A stretch of 56,991 bases of DNA from Catajapyx aquilonaris. Lineage: Eukaryota. The DNA is taken from the NCBI GenBank assembly GCA_000934665.2, contig JYFJ02009209.1, positions 124,001 through 180,991 of the forward strand, read 5' to 3'. Below the pieces are notes generated by a model. That model had not been told where the DNA came from, did no database searches, and saw only the letters and a program-made list of their open reading frames with translations. Of this stretch, positions 1 to 12,073 are shown piece by piece. Each line of letters starts with the position of its first letter. The stretch's first letter is position 1. The translations under genes and the position numbers were made by a program.

Positions 1-290
1 TTCAACCTTCAACCAGGTTTCGACATTGCAATACACTTCGTCCCTCGTGCACTTGTGCTCGGTCCCGAACTTTGTGTTGGACCACTCGACTTGTCCGGAT
101 CCTCTCAGCAGCAATTGCAAACCTATGTACAATAATAATGCTCAGGTGTATTTCTGGAGGCTGCGTAGTACTTACCGCTCACGTTCTTAGTCCTGTGTAC
201 GCTAACCATAATTTTTCCACTGACTATTTCTCCGGGGAAGTACATTCCCCCGGGGCTGTCAAACTCGATGGAGAACCTCTCATAAACCAT
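1..290 (-). CDS. Alpha-arrestin (ARRDC-like) gene A1; 5' part only, runs off the window
   Basis: ATG at 290 gives MVYERFSIEFDSPGGMYFPGEIVSGKIMV (arrestin_N start). GT donor at 175 and AG acceptor at 123, then GLQLLLRGSGQVEW...DEVYCNVETWLKV. Close paralog of A2. Confidence 0.85.
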
Positions 291-545
291 GTCAGGAACC
301 ACCTCTGTTCCTAAGTAGTCCAGGAAAATATTCATAAAGGATAACGGGGGGAATGCCTGTGTGCGCAAGAAGCAATTTAGAATTTATCAGTATAGCTACA
401 CCGAGGTGTAAACAAAGTATAGCCAATCATGCTGATGCGCACCGGATCTTCATGTGACACATATTCGCGGATTTAGGAGCTGGAAATGAAAACGACAACA
501 ATGCCAAACAAATTTTTTTTTAATATGATTTTTTTTTGTGTACGA

Positions 546-642
546 GCGCAACCGAGTGCGCACACACACTCGCTCAAGTCCATCATGGGATAGTGTATAG
601 GAAACCATTTGCGCAGAGTGTATGCTGCGCACTCGGTTGCGC
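546..642. repeat. Small inverted-repeat (MITE-like) element
   Basis: Perfect 17-bp inverted repeat: GCGCAACCGAGTGCGCA (546-562) and TGCGCACTCGGTTGCGC (626-642). Related motifs occur at ~14771-14812 and ~30267-30308. Confidence 0.55.
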
Positions 643-707
643 ATCCCGCGATTTTATAGTCTCCCGGGGGGACGACTAGCGCTTTCTTTTCGCCGTCTAT
701 TAAACTC

Positions 708-780
708 GTCCCTGTGGCGCAGTGGATAGCGCGTTGGACTTCTAATCCAAAGGTCCCGGGTTCGAATCCCGGTAGGGATG
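708..780 (+). tRNA. tRNA-Arg (anticodon TCT), intronless
   Basis: 73-nt cloverleaf: acceptor stem GTCCCTG/TAGGGAT, D arm GCGC-AGTGGATA-GCGC, anticodon arm TTGGA-CTTCTAA-TCCAA (TCT at 741-743), T arm CCGGG-TTCGAAT-CCCGG. Confidence 0.96.
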
Positions 781-786
781 CGTCCA

Positions 787-797
787 TTTTTCTTTTT
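787..797 (+). terminator. RNA polymerase III terminator of the tRNA
   Basis: TTTTTCTTTTT begins 6 nt after the tRNA 3' end. Confidence 0.75.
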
Positions 798-973
798 AAA
801 CGTCTCATAATAATTATTCGTAACGGAGGGATTGGCTACACTTTGCTTATGGAACTTTGGAGTGACTGTTCTGGGGAAATTCTGTTGCTTTTTCCGCAGA
901 GGATTGCGCGTAAGGATTCCTGTTCTTATATACGTTTGCATTGAGTAAGCATTGCGTATGGTTCGTTCCTGAC

Positions 974-2537
974 ATGATGGATTATAAGAGGTTCTCGATC
1001 GAGTTTGATCGCCCCGGGGCAGTGTTCTACCCGGGACAAGTAGTCAGTGGAAAGATTATGCTGAGCGTCAAGAGAACTAAGAAAGTGGACGGTAAGTTAA
1101 ATATACGATTATCGCCTGCAGATATACATGAACTAGATTATTGCAGGCTTGCTATTGCTGTTAAAAGGATCCGGACAAGTCGTGTGGTATAGCAAAAAGT
1201 TTGGGACCAAGCATCAGATGTGCATGAAGGACGAAGTGTATTGCAATATCGAAACCTGGTTGAAGGTTGCAGGTATATGTATAATGGTTGCCAGTGAGAA
1301 TGACGATCGAAATAATTTGAATAAATGAAACCTATTGCAGGTCAAGTGCACACATTACCATCAGGTGTAATAACAACATATCCGTTTGCGATCGTGTTAC
1401 CGTCAGTGCTTCCTTCGTCATTCGAAGGACAGCAAGGACGCGTTCGATACACGGCCAAGGCTACGATCTTCCGTTTGTCGAAGCCCGACCATACCACAGA
1501 AAAGGATTTCAATGTCGAGGCCAAATGTGACCTCAACACCAACGTGGAAGCTAGGGTAACTATAGCACTGATATATGCCACATTTTTCATTTATTTTTGG
1601 TGACCAACACTTTTCAGCTGGCTCCAGAATGTATGGAATTAAGGATGCTTGATTGTTGTTGGTTCGGCCCCCTATTGGTGAACATGCGGTTGAACAAAGG
1701 GGGTTACGTGCCAGGAGAAACGATCTTGCTCAGCGGAATAGCCAAGAACCGCAGCAACAAAGCGATACAACGAGTCACAGTGACTCTGCAGCAGGTTAGT
1801 TGGACAACGTTGCTAAATGGCAGCGGTGTCATGCACTTGTCGCGTTTTAGGTCATCCGGTACAACCAGAAATCCGGCGGCAAGGTGTCGTCAGAGAGACG
1901 CAAAACTCTCTTACAGAAAGACCTAGGCCGGATTGAACCTCGAAGTGAGCAGACTTGGACAGACGTGGCCCTCCTTGTCCCTCCTGTTCCTCAGACCGAT
2001 CTTGGGATGTCCGGAGGCATCATCGGAGTCAGATATCAGCTGAAGGTGAAAACGCAACAATGACAGCACCATTATTTCTACCAGGATCTACACTAATCAT
2101 GTGATTCCGCCTATAGATTGAGGTGAAGCCTTCCTACATGTTTACCAAATTAATTTCCTGCCTTCCTGTCTTCATTGGAACCATTCCGCTGAGAGATTCC
2201 CGGAACACTATTCAACTGAATCCTTGCACAGTTTGTGTTCTTCAACCGACAGCTCCGCCTGCCCCAGATGATGCTGGTGATTCCGCAGCATCCAGGCCTC
2301 CGAACCAGCTCCCAGACCGTAAGTGTATACAAGTCTGAGCGGAGTCTTATATCGCTTATTGCAATTATAATTATTTTGTTGGCGTTTTCATTTCCAGTTC
2401 CGCCAAGCTACTCCAAGTACATGAGGGAACATGGTGCCGATCTGATCAGGGCTAAGCGACATAATGCGACACGCAGTATTAATTCGATGGAGATGGAGAT
2501 TTGGCAGCAGCTGCAGCGGCGGCCGCTACGCCAATAA
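974..2537 (+). CDS. Alpha-arrestin gene A2 (7 exons); the only plus-strand member of the array
   Basis: Motifs MMDYKRFSIEFDRPGAVFYPGQVVSG, LPSSFEGQQGRVRY, KGGYVPGETI, PVFIGTIP and a terminal exon with PPSY. Approximate exons: 974-1091, 1147-1272, 1341-1555, 1618-1794, 1851-2045, 2118-2318, 2398-2537. Confidence 0.88.
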
Positions 2538-2709
2538 AGTACAAAGTACAAACCCTCCATTTCAATAATTTATTTTATTTCATATAATATGAACAGTAAC
2601 ATATACTGAGCGAATTCCTCGGGGAATATCAACAACAACAAAAAAGGCGAAAAAGGCGGAGGAAATATTTTTTTGTTCAAAAATCCATCCATCTCTCGAC
2701 TGCGTCTTC

Positions 2710-4020
2710 TCAAGCGAACAACTTACGGCGTGTTGAGTTCCGATTCTGACTAGATGCAGGTGAGGTCAAAGGTCGCTTCTGACCTGCTGTCGGAACCACT
2801 CTTAACGGGACTGTCCCAATGATAAGCGGAAGGTGGACGCTACTTCTGTGCTTCATGTTATCAGGCTCTGCCTCTATCTGCAAGTGCAAATGTAATTAAT
2901 ATTAAGGAATGTCGCTCATTCCTCAACAGCGCCATTCATAATATTATAAATAATTTTCTTAATAATTATGGTTACCTTCAGGTGATAAGTGACTCCGATA
3001 AGACACCCTGGCATCCCAAGATCCGTCGGATAAACCTGCAGAGGTACAGGTATCGGCACGTTTGTCCACACTTGGTTGCCTCGTGCTTCGATCCGACCTT
3101 TGACCCCATGAAAGAGCATATTTTCTGCCGTCCTTGATGGACCATGCTGGTTATATCGTATGACCTGAATTGCCCAAAAACTTCATACCAATTCCGGTTC
3201 AAGCATGTGCACACTAACCTGAATAAGTTTGACTGTGATTCGACATATTGTTCTGCTGGTTCTGTTCTGAACTGTTCCGCTGATCAACACCTGTTCTCCT
3301 GGGACGTACCCTCCTTTGTTCAAGCGCAGGTTGATCAACAGTGCCTCGCAGTAGAAGAATCCAACTGGTCTTATCTTATTGCACTTTGGTGCTAGCTGAA
3401 AACATATAGGTTTATTTGTTATTTTAATTTCACTGTTAATTGACATATTAATTACGCTGGCTTCCGGATATGTGTTGAGATCAGCGATTCCGTTGACCCT
3501 GAATGACTTCTCAGTGGTTTGATCATTTTTGGACCGGACCAACGTGGCTTTGGCCGTGTATCGCACGTGTCCGTACAATCCTTCGAACGACGACGGAAGC
3601 ACAGATGGTAACGAGAGAGCAAACCGATACGTGTGGTTGCCACCAGGTATCATGCACACCCGACCTGCAAAAACTGTATTAAACATTGTGATTCAGACTA
3701 AATGACTTTTTTTTAAATTACCATGATCTTCCCTGAGCCAGACTTCGACATGACAACATTCTTCGTCCTTCAGGAACTTACAAGTAGACCTGGTCTTATC
3801 ATAGGACCACGTTGCTCGTGCATATCCTTTCAGCTGAATTTTTAATCCTGGCACAAGCACAGACGATGCTAAAAATTTATGCAGGATTATTAGCATTTAA
3901 CTCACCTTTCGCTTCCGCGATTCGGTCGACTTCCAGTTTAACTTCGCCTAACACCAGTTCTCCTGGGAAATACACTGCTTCTGGGCGGTAAAACTCGATA
4001 GTGAACCACGTTGCATCCAT
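2710..4020 (-). CDS. Alpha-arrestin gene A3
   Basis: Motifs MDATWFTIEFYRPEAVYFPGELVLG, LPSSFEGLYGHVRY, KGGYVPGEQV and LPLIIGTVP. The 3' end is uncertain: in-frame stop at 2710, but a GTAAGT donor sits at ~2726. Confidence 0.82.
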
Positions 4021-4162
4021 TTTATTATACAAGGGTATGTAATCAAATTATCGGGACAAGAAAAGAGGCAATAATCGTTCGTTTCAGAAACATAAACATG
4101 AACATGTCAACAAAGTGTAGCCAATTATCAGGTTTGTCGATTTTTTTTATTATTTGTTATAG

Positions 4163-4290
4163 TTACAGATTTGTTGGTTCGGTACTTCCAAACGTCGAGT
4201 ACATCGGAGCGTACTGTCCGTCTCCTCTGACATGTTCGTTGTCGTCTTCCTGTCTCTCGCCGAACATGCACTCGGCATAACTAGGCGGGG
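4163..4290 (-). other. Orphan terminal exon of an alpha-arrestin (PY tail)
   Basis: After TTCCAG it reads, in phase 1, xPPSYAECMFGERQEDDNEHVRGDGQYAPMYSTFGSTEPTNL*. This is homologous to the last exons of A7, A9 and A15. No adjacent upstream arrestin exons are visible. Confidence 0.8.
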
Positions 4291-4735
4291 CTGGAAGTAT
4301 TTACTGGCCACCAATCGAATCTGTTAACTTTTGTTTGATAACTTAATACTGTGATTAGATAATGTCACATCTGTCATACCAATAACGCAACTTCAGGTTG
4401 TGATAATAACAAAAAAGGAGCATGTACGTATGTCATATTATTCATTTAAAAAAATTATTCCTGTGCTAATATTCATATGCGCCTTGTTTCAATAATGTAA
4501 CGAATGCAAAGGTCATCCTGGGCTTATCAACAAAACGCATCATAATTGGATAAATGGCATTTTGTTATCGTTGCATGCAATGGCGAAATATGTATGCAAA
4601 TTGAGCCCTGCAATTTAAATTCGCATATTACCTGATATGCCAATAAAACTATTTTTGGCAATAGTTTTTTGATGTAGCCGCACTATATTAGATTGAATCC
4701 AGTCCGTTTGTTGTATGGCGGAAGACGTGTCGTGA

Positions 4736-6734
4736 ATGATGCGTGCTCGGTTGTTACTTCTCTGGCTGGTCATCCGTGTGACCTGTTCGGTACCGGATGT
4801 CAGCACCAGCTTAACGGACAGCCGGGTTGACCTGGTGTCAAAGTTCATCCAGGATGTACTGGAAGACCACTTTCAGGCCTGTACCTTCGTGCTAGCCCAT
4901 GACTACCCGAGTCAGATTCCGTCTGAACTGTTGAACCTTGTTAACCAGCACAGTCATCCGTCGTTGTCTGTGCGTACCCCACCGTACGACCCTAAAGAAG
5001 CGGTGGTACCCAAGAAGAAAGTGAACGGTACCCTGGTGTTTCCATGGCCTCTCAGAAAAAGTGCGACGCACGTCGGAAGCTGCGTGCTGTACGCTGTAGT
5101 GTTCAACTATGCAAATGCGTCTCGTGTGTTGGAGCACCTGAGCAACAAGGTGTTCGTACACCCACAGGTATGTCACGTACTGTACACTGCTCAACATGTG
5201 AGATGACATAATTCCGTTTCAGACGCACTACTTCATGTTCTGGATACGTGACGGCGGCGATATGTCCGGTGTCCTAACATCATCTGAAGGACGTCTGGTA
5301 CGTCGCAAGCTGGGTCTGACTGTGTCTACAAACGGACTTGAGTTGTCCACAGTCTGCTTTTACTGCAATGGAGGCAAACCGACGGTGGTACCGGTACCGG
5401 AGCATGACCGAAACGCGACACTAACCCGGCTATACCCTGACACCACAACGGACCTGAACGGCAAGAGTCTTCGAGGCACATTCGCCACGCCGTACTCACC
5501 AGATAGCCTGAAACAAAAGCGAGAGAACGGCGAGGGCGTACTGGCCGTCGAAGCCATACTGGAAGACCTATCCAGAAACATGAACTTCCAGTGGGACGTA
5601 CTGGAGAACCCGGCTGGAGAAGCTGCCCATCTGAACATGAAGATGGAGGACGGTACTTGGGTCGGGATGGTCGCGGAGGTGCTGTACCAGGAAGTCGAGT
5701 TCTGTCCGGCGTCCATTATGACAGACGAGGCCTACGACTTCGTGGACCTAACAATGCCGTACTACATGAGCGCTGTCACGTTCATAACGTCCAAACCTAA
5801 AGAGGTATTCCGCTGGAGGATGATCGTCAAGCCGTTCACTATTGGCCTGTGGATGGCGATGATGGTGTCAGTCACATGCTCTTCGGCCATACTGTACGTG
5901 TACGTCCGATGGCGGAAAGCACGGCGTGAGAAAAAGGCGTTGTCCGAAGTCGTTACGTCCACTCTGACTGAACCGGTACATCGCAAACGGTTTTCAATCA
6001 AGGCTTTGGGAGGCGTCTGTTTCATACTTGTGACCATCGGATCTTGCGTGTACCAAAGCAAGTTGGTAGCCCTGGTGATACGTCCGCCGAAGGAGAACCG
6101 TCCAGCATCGTTTCAAGAGCTGCTGAGTAGCGGGTACCGGTTCGGCGCGTTTGTGTACCACGTCCTGTTCCTCCAGATAATGGCCAAGAACGTGGAGCTG
6201 GAGACCATCAAAGTTCTGGCAGACAAAGTTGAGTCCACGAACAGCCTGGAGGAATGCATGGAGCTGGCTATGACAACGAGGTTCGCGTGTGTGTCTGCCG
6301 AGGACTACCTGGTGACATACGCAGGTGCGTACTTCAGAGAGGACGGTGAGAACATGCTTCTGCTGGCACCGGACAACGTGATCTCAATATACGTCGGGTA
6401 CGTAATGCCCAAGCACCATGTGTCCACTCCTGCAATGAACTCGCTCCTTTTGAGGATGCTGTCGGCAGGGTACGAGGACCGGTACGAACGAGACTACGAC
6501 GATCTGATCAAATGGAACGGAATCAAAAGTGCACGTCAGGAAGAGAGGGACGGTACGGCCTCCAGTACCGCAGGAGTGGGCAGCAGGGTCAGGTCATGGA
6601 GGCACTTTTCGGTCCCCTTCTTCTGGCTCAGTATGGGGTTGGCCTTCAGCATCGTTGTCTTCGGATGCGAGGCTGCATTGTCCAGATGCTTTCGACAGAG
6701 GAAGTACGGTGTCACCAAAAGCCAAAAACGCTGA
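4736..6734 (+). CDS. Divergent ionotropic receptor (iGluR-related chemosensory IR), 2 exons, ~647 aa
   Basis: N-terminal signal peptide. A phase-0 intron at 5168-5222 joins the two ORFs. S1 motif DGTWVGMVAEV...VDLTMPY, M1 KPFTIGLW, M2-like YQSKLVALV, S2 region and a C-terminal M3 helix. Confidence 0.88.
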
Positions 6735-7862
6735 GACAATTACAACAATCACAATGAACAGCTAGTAATTGACTCATGGACTACCCGAAATAGAAATGAC
6801 GTCACTAGCAAACTTTGCCAAAAAATAGTGTTGACGCCCTGATTGGCAGCGAGCCAAATTACTTGTCATTATTCACGTACTTAGCATCAAGAGAGTACGT
6901 TCATTTGTGTTGGTTTATTCAATGCCTTATTATTCCCTAGACTTTATTGAAAGGGTTTTGGACAAACATTGGTTGAATGATAGGGTTCCGAGTGCGTGAC
7001 TGAATTGCTATATGAATATTATTTTGTGCCGGACTTTTCTTTTTTAGGTGAAGGTCACAGACTGGGTCAATCCATATTCAGTGACGTTGCCCTTTGTATG
7101 ACGCCAATTGGTGCAACATTGTTTCCTTACATAAGTGGATCCTGAAGTCGAGAGTAAATTGCACCATATGTTGCGCGTTTCGCTTCAAAATGCGGTCGTG
7201 TTGATTGGCTGAGAGGATAGTCACGTGGCAGTGCGGCCAGATTGCCTTATCCAGATGGGTGTGGTAGTGACTTGGCAACATTGGGCTATCAGCTGTGTGT
7301 GTATATAACAGAGCCGGGTTGGAAACGTGTACTTGGCATTGAGCAGTCACGACGTGCTTTCACACGAGCATTGCACCACAAGGCTACATTTCCACCACTG
7401 CACTGGTGAGTTGCATTTACTCTCGTCTCACCAGTTGTAATGCTAATCAATACATTGCTTCCTGTAGATGAGTAATATTGTGTGGCATTGCAAGGAGTAT
7501 GGTCGTGGAATTTACTACTTTTACTACTTTTAATGGTAATGTGTTGATTACACAAAGTGTTTGAAAAATTTGACACAGCATCATGTAAGAAGTTGAAATT
7601 ACCTCGACCTGATTATTCGAGCCCGTATATGTAGACCAGTAGTTTTTCGCACATCTGTACAGTACGTGATGTAATAGCAATGTGATCATTATTAGCACTG
7701 ATTTGATACCGCTCATTCAGCCTGATAATAATCCTTCACACCGTATTACATCACTAATTATTATTGTTCAAAAACAAGCTGTTAAATATTTCTGGGGACA
7801 CAACCGTAATCATTTTGCTGCTGATCAAGTTGATAGTGACATCTGGTTAAAATATTTATATA

Positions 7863-8082
7863 GGGCCGAATTCAGAGAGGTTGCTTAACGTAAACGCGCC
7901 CGATTAAATCCTTTTAGTCATCCTCGATTAGCAAATTTAAAAGTGCTAGCAAGTGCGATTAGGGGGCGTTTAGCGCTAATTGCCGTCTTTGTATTAGCAG
8001 GATGGTTAAATTTGCTAATCGAGGATGACTAAAGGATTTAATCGGGCGCGTTTACGTTAAGCAACCTCTCTGAATTCGGCCC
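7863..8082. mobile_element. MITE, PIF/Harbinger-like
   Basis: TIRs of about 78 bp beginning GGGCCGAATTCAGAGAGG, flanked by a 3-bp ATA duplication; no ORF. Confidence 0.8.
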
Positions 8083-8410
8083 ATATAGAGTTGACAACCC
8101 AATAAATAAAAATTGACAACCACAATCGTAAATTTTATGCCGCACAACTTACGACAAAAAAAATTGTACTGTTACGTTAGACAAACCCCTCACTTTTTAT
8201 AGTTGACAGACCTTATTTAAGTATAGTGTCAGAACAATGCATATCATTATGCAAATACAAAATAATTTGTGCCTGACATACAGGCGGATGTAATTTTACT
8301 GACAATGAGATTTAAATCACAATTTTTGTGGTGGTAGAAGTATGAATCGTTTACGAGACATCCTGTTTGACTTGTAGTTCTGCTGCCTTCCTTGGAACAC
8401 ATTAGAAGCC

Positions 8411-9922
8411 ATGGGTGACCTGAGGTACAGCTACGGCATGGTTGAAGATGCCCTGAAGAAGGCGTTTGACCCCGAGAATGTGACCTTAACCGACCTGAAG
8501 GTTGAGAAGCCACCGGCACTTGTGGCGCACCTTTGCAGCTCCCTGGACTTCGTCACGGTTCGAAAGACCCAGGGTCAGACACTTAACCTCTTCATCAAGA
8601 GAATGATTGGAAAGGATGCCCAGAGCGGATTAGTCCGTAGTCTGCAGCTTTTCGACAAAGAAGTGCTGTTCTTCACCCAGATAGTGCCCAAGATGGTTGA
8701 CCTCGGCAGGTCGGCGGTCATGCCCATGACCCTAGACTTCCTGCCGAAATGCTACTACGCCAATCGCACCCTGGGGTCAGAGATGCTGGTGTTTGAAAAC
8801 CTGTCCCAGTCTGAGCCAAACAAGTACGTGATGCTGACCACTGACGGCATAGGTCATGACCTTGACCATGCGGAGGCTGCCATGAGGGGGCTGGCGACCC
8901 TTCACGCCGTAACACAGGTGCTGTAATTATGACTTAATTAGTACAGCAGTTTCTGATTAATTAATTAACATATAGGTGATGGACATGAGGATGTCTGAGC
9001 CGTTCCTGCAGGCGTATCCATTCGTTGCGGACACAGCTTTCGGTACCCTGTATGACCTCGACCCCGAGAACTTCTTATTTTCAATGAGCCTCAAGCACAT
9101 GTCGCAGGTGTTGAAGGAAGGACATCCAGAGAAGTACAGGGTGCTTGATAAGCTACGAAACAAGATAGGCGACATCGGCCGTAAGATGGTGACCCCGCAG
9201 AAGCCGTTCAACGCCCTCGGCCACGGTGACCTCTGGGGCAACAACCTCATGTTCACCTCGGAGAAGCCAATCAGGATCAAGCTCGTGGATTGGCAGGTGC
9301 CCCGATACGCGCCTGTTACAGTAGACCTGGTGCATTACATTTACACCAACACCAACCCGAAGTTTCGGAAGCAACATCTGCACCATCTGCTCGAGGTTAG
9401 CTATAGATAAAAAATTTTAAACGAGTGCGCACCACAGTTCGCGCATCGTGCAGGGTTGGAATTATCAATGATTTCCAACGCTTTGGTTGGAGGGAACAAA
9501 ATGGCCGACGTTTGCGACGTTGCCAATGTATAGCTCGGTTTCGCTCGTAAAATAATTTATCAATATAGTTATTACAAGTTTATTTATTTTTTTGCTGTTT
9601 ACAGGTGTACCACAAGAGTTTCGTACTGATTCTGAACATGCTTGGAGTGGACCAAATTCCTTTCACATTTGATGAGCTGGTTGAAGACTACTATCATCGT
9701 CGTATCCTTGGGTTCATCTACTTCATTCCGACCCTGACCAACGTGACCCACCAGGAAGGAACTGAATTAATGGACCCGGATGATCCGGAAGGGGAGACCA
9801 TGAGGAACTTTGAGAGTTTGGTCCTAAACATACTCAAGAGCGATTCTCGGACGGAGAAGGCCCGGTCCTTGCTGCTTCCTGTTTATGAAGAATTTGAGAA
9901 GGATCTGCTGGCCTGGGTCTAG
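8411..9922 (+). CDS. Ecdysteroid kinase-like (EcKL/DUF227, choline-kinase-like) protein, 3 exons, ~414 aa
   Basis: Motifs LFIKR, LFDKEVLFF, PKCYYA, LATLHA, Brenner motif HGDLWGNN and LVDWQ. Exons 8411-8917, 8976-9395, 9605-9922. Confidence 0.9.
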
Positions 9923-10097
9923 TTGGCTAACAACCAACATATGTCGTGCCTTGTATTGTAACCAGAGTCTTCCAATGTGAGACAATCTCCGCACAATTAT
10001 TGTATTATGCCAGCACCTTTTGAGTATAGGTGCGCACTCTACACACCTTTTAAGTTTTATCACATTGTACCATAATTATTTTTCAAGCGATCCATAT

Positions 10098-11674
10098 TTA
10101 CTCGCAACTGTTACAAGCCATGCATAGAAGATAACGAAATAAACAGAGCACATAAGGTTCGTAGTCATTTTCAGTTGGGGGTGTGTCTCCCATATTTTGC
10201 AAAATTCTCGCTTCGGAAGGTGCGTAGGATTTGGGTCCATCGGGTATGTCCGTGGCGTACGACGGAGAAGCTGTAAATATAGGGCCGTATTCAGAGTCAA
10301 CAACAAGAAGTTAGTGCAGTGCTTTAAACCACGTGACCCAGTTCACTAAGAACAGTCGTATGCAGAGTCGCGCTTTAGGCCTAGTTCGGGCCTAGTGCGG
10401 ACTTAGTGCGGACCTAGCGTCGCACTAGTTAGTGTGCACTTTTGCGCTGCATTAGCGAACGACTCTGAATACGGCCCATAATGTACAGAAAATGCATTCG
10501 TCGTTTTTAACACGGAATTGCGTGTACTTACGCAGAGTGTCGTACGCCGTCATTGTTGAGGAATGTGTTCCTGGGCATTTGATGGCAGGTACAGCCCGTA
10601 CAGGCACATTTCCAATATTGACAGGTATGCGACACTCCCGTCCGTCCACCATGACCTGTGTACGTTACACAACTGTTACATATCAATTGAACGTGAAACA
10701 GTACGCGGCATACCTCCACAACGTAGTAGACTAGATGCACGGTGCAGTACCCTCCAAGCTTTGTCGGAGCAATGGCAGGTACCCTCAACGACGTGTGGCT
10801 ACTGTCAGTATGGTGCAACACGGCGCTCGTCTTGGCGACAATTCGAGACCAGTAGTTGTTTCTATTTCCGGTCGAGTACATGACATGCTGATGCAACGAA
10901 GTGTGCATCGTGGTGGGTACCGGTACGACCCGACTTCGGACATGAATATGTATCTTCTCACCAGGAACGAATCCGGTCTTGTTCAGATACACATCAACTC
11001 CGCTCGCCTTCGCTCTGGGTACGACCTGTGCAAACAGGGACAGTCAGCACATGCGGACCGTGAACCTCGTGGACAACCGTACCTGGTTTCTCACGTCCAG
11101 GTTGAGATCAGCGATGGGGCTGACCGTGAACCGTTTCTTCGCAAACTTGGCATCATCTTCGAAACACATGCGCAGACCACTATCGGGCCGTACCAACCGG
11201 ACACTGATCTCGTACCGAACGTACCCATGTTCCGCTTCGAAGGACGAGGGCAGGTTGGCCGGTAACGTGAACGAAAACCGAAAAGTGTGCTCTCCTTTCT
11301 CCAGTTTTCCTATACGAAAGTAAATTAACGTGGTCTTCGAACCAATGGTCAGTAGGCTGCGACGTACCTTTTTCATGTACAGTCTTGGAAATACAGCAGT
11401 ACTCTTCCTCTTTGCAGTAACTCGATTGGCTTGTCGTTGTCCTTTTACAGGCGAACTCCCTCCAGTACACGTATCCTTTGCCTGTTGCCGTCAGGAATAT
11501 ACCTGCACGTAGCGGGTTCTAAGTTTTCGTCCCTGATAGTACAATATGAATCTACGCACCTTCAATGGCAGTCGGCTTCTTGAGTTGAACCCGCACCGCA
11601 CCTGTAACTGTACCGGTGGGTCGGTGTGCTGCTGGGTTCCTGTTCAGCCCAACCTGCATGTGTATGCCCCTCAT
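10098..11674 (-). CDS. Alpha-arrestin gene A4 (A4/A5/A6 subfamily)
   Basis: Motifs MRGIHMQV, LPSSFEAEHGYVRY, LNKTGFVPGE and PVNIGNVP. The altered terminal exon reads SPSYATDIPDGP...CNSCE*. Confidence 0.8.
10282..10477. mobile_element. MITE, PIF/Harbinger-like, in the last intron of A4
   Basis: 17-bp TIR GGGCCGTATTCAGAGTC with an ATA target duplication. Absent from the paralogous intron of A5. A partial second copy lies at 40808-40936. Confidence 0.8.
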
Positions 11675-12073
11675 CTTGTTCTGAGCTCTGAATAAGGAAA
11701 CACCGTTGTCCATAGACGGTCAGTGTTGACTTTAAAAAGCCATTGGAATGAGCGTGGGCGGTGATATACACGCCAGCTGCGTAAATGTTAGAGGAACTTC
11801 TAAAATTGGTACATCGGAATGTACCCATGTGCACATCGTATGGGCATATAAACTAAACAAGTGCTGACAAATTACATAGTGCTTCATGTACAACTCTCTG
11901 AAAGTTTCAGAGGCAAACTCCGCACAATTTTCATAAAACTGCAATAATTGCAGTACACTTTTGAAAGGTGTGCACCTCCAATTGACACTATTTTAATTCG
12001 TGTTTCGCATTTATTCGTTCACATGATAAAACAACAATAAACATATTTACAAAAAGAGGAACGTTTGTTATTT

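Noticed and set aside
5168..5234. Apparent frameshift or pseudogenisation of the ionotropic receptor
   Set aside because: Resolved by a canonical 55-bp GT-AG intron (5168-5222) that keeps the frame.
7040..7470. Exon-like stretch with splice-like signals between the IR and the MITE
   Set aside because: The frames I read are interrupted by stops and I recognise no homology; a BLASTX search would be needed.
9419..9552. Short insertion with ACGAG...CTCGT ends in EcKL intron 2
   Set aside because: It weakly resembles the 546-642 element, but the inverted ends are too short to call.
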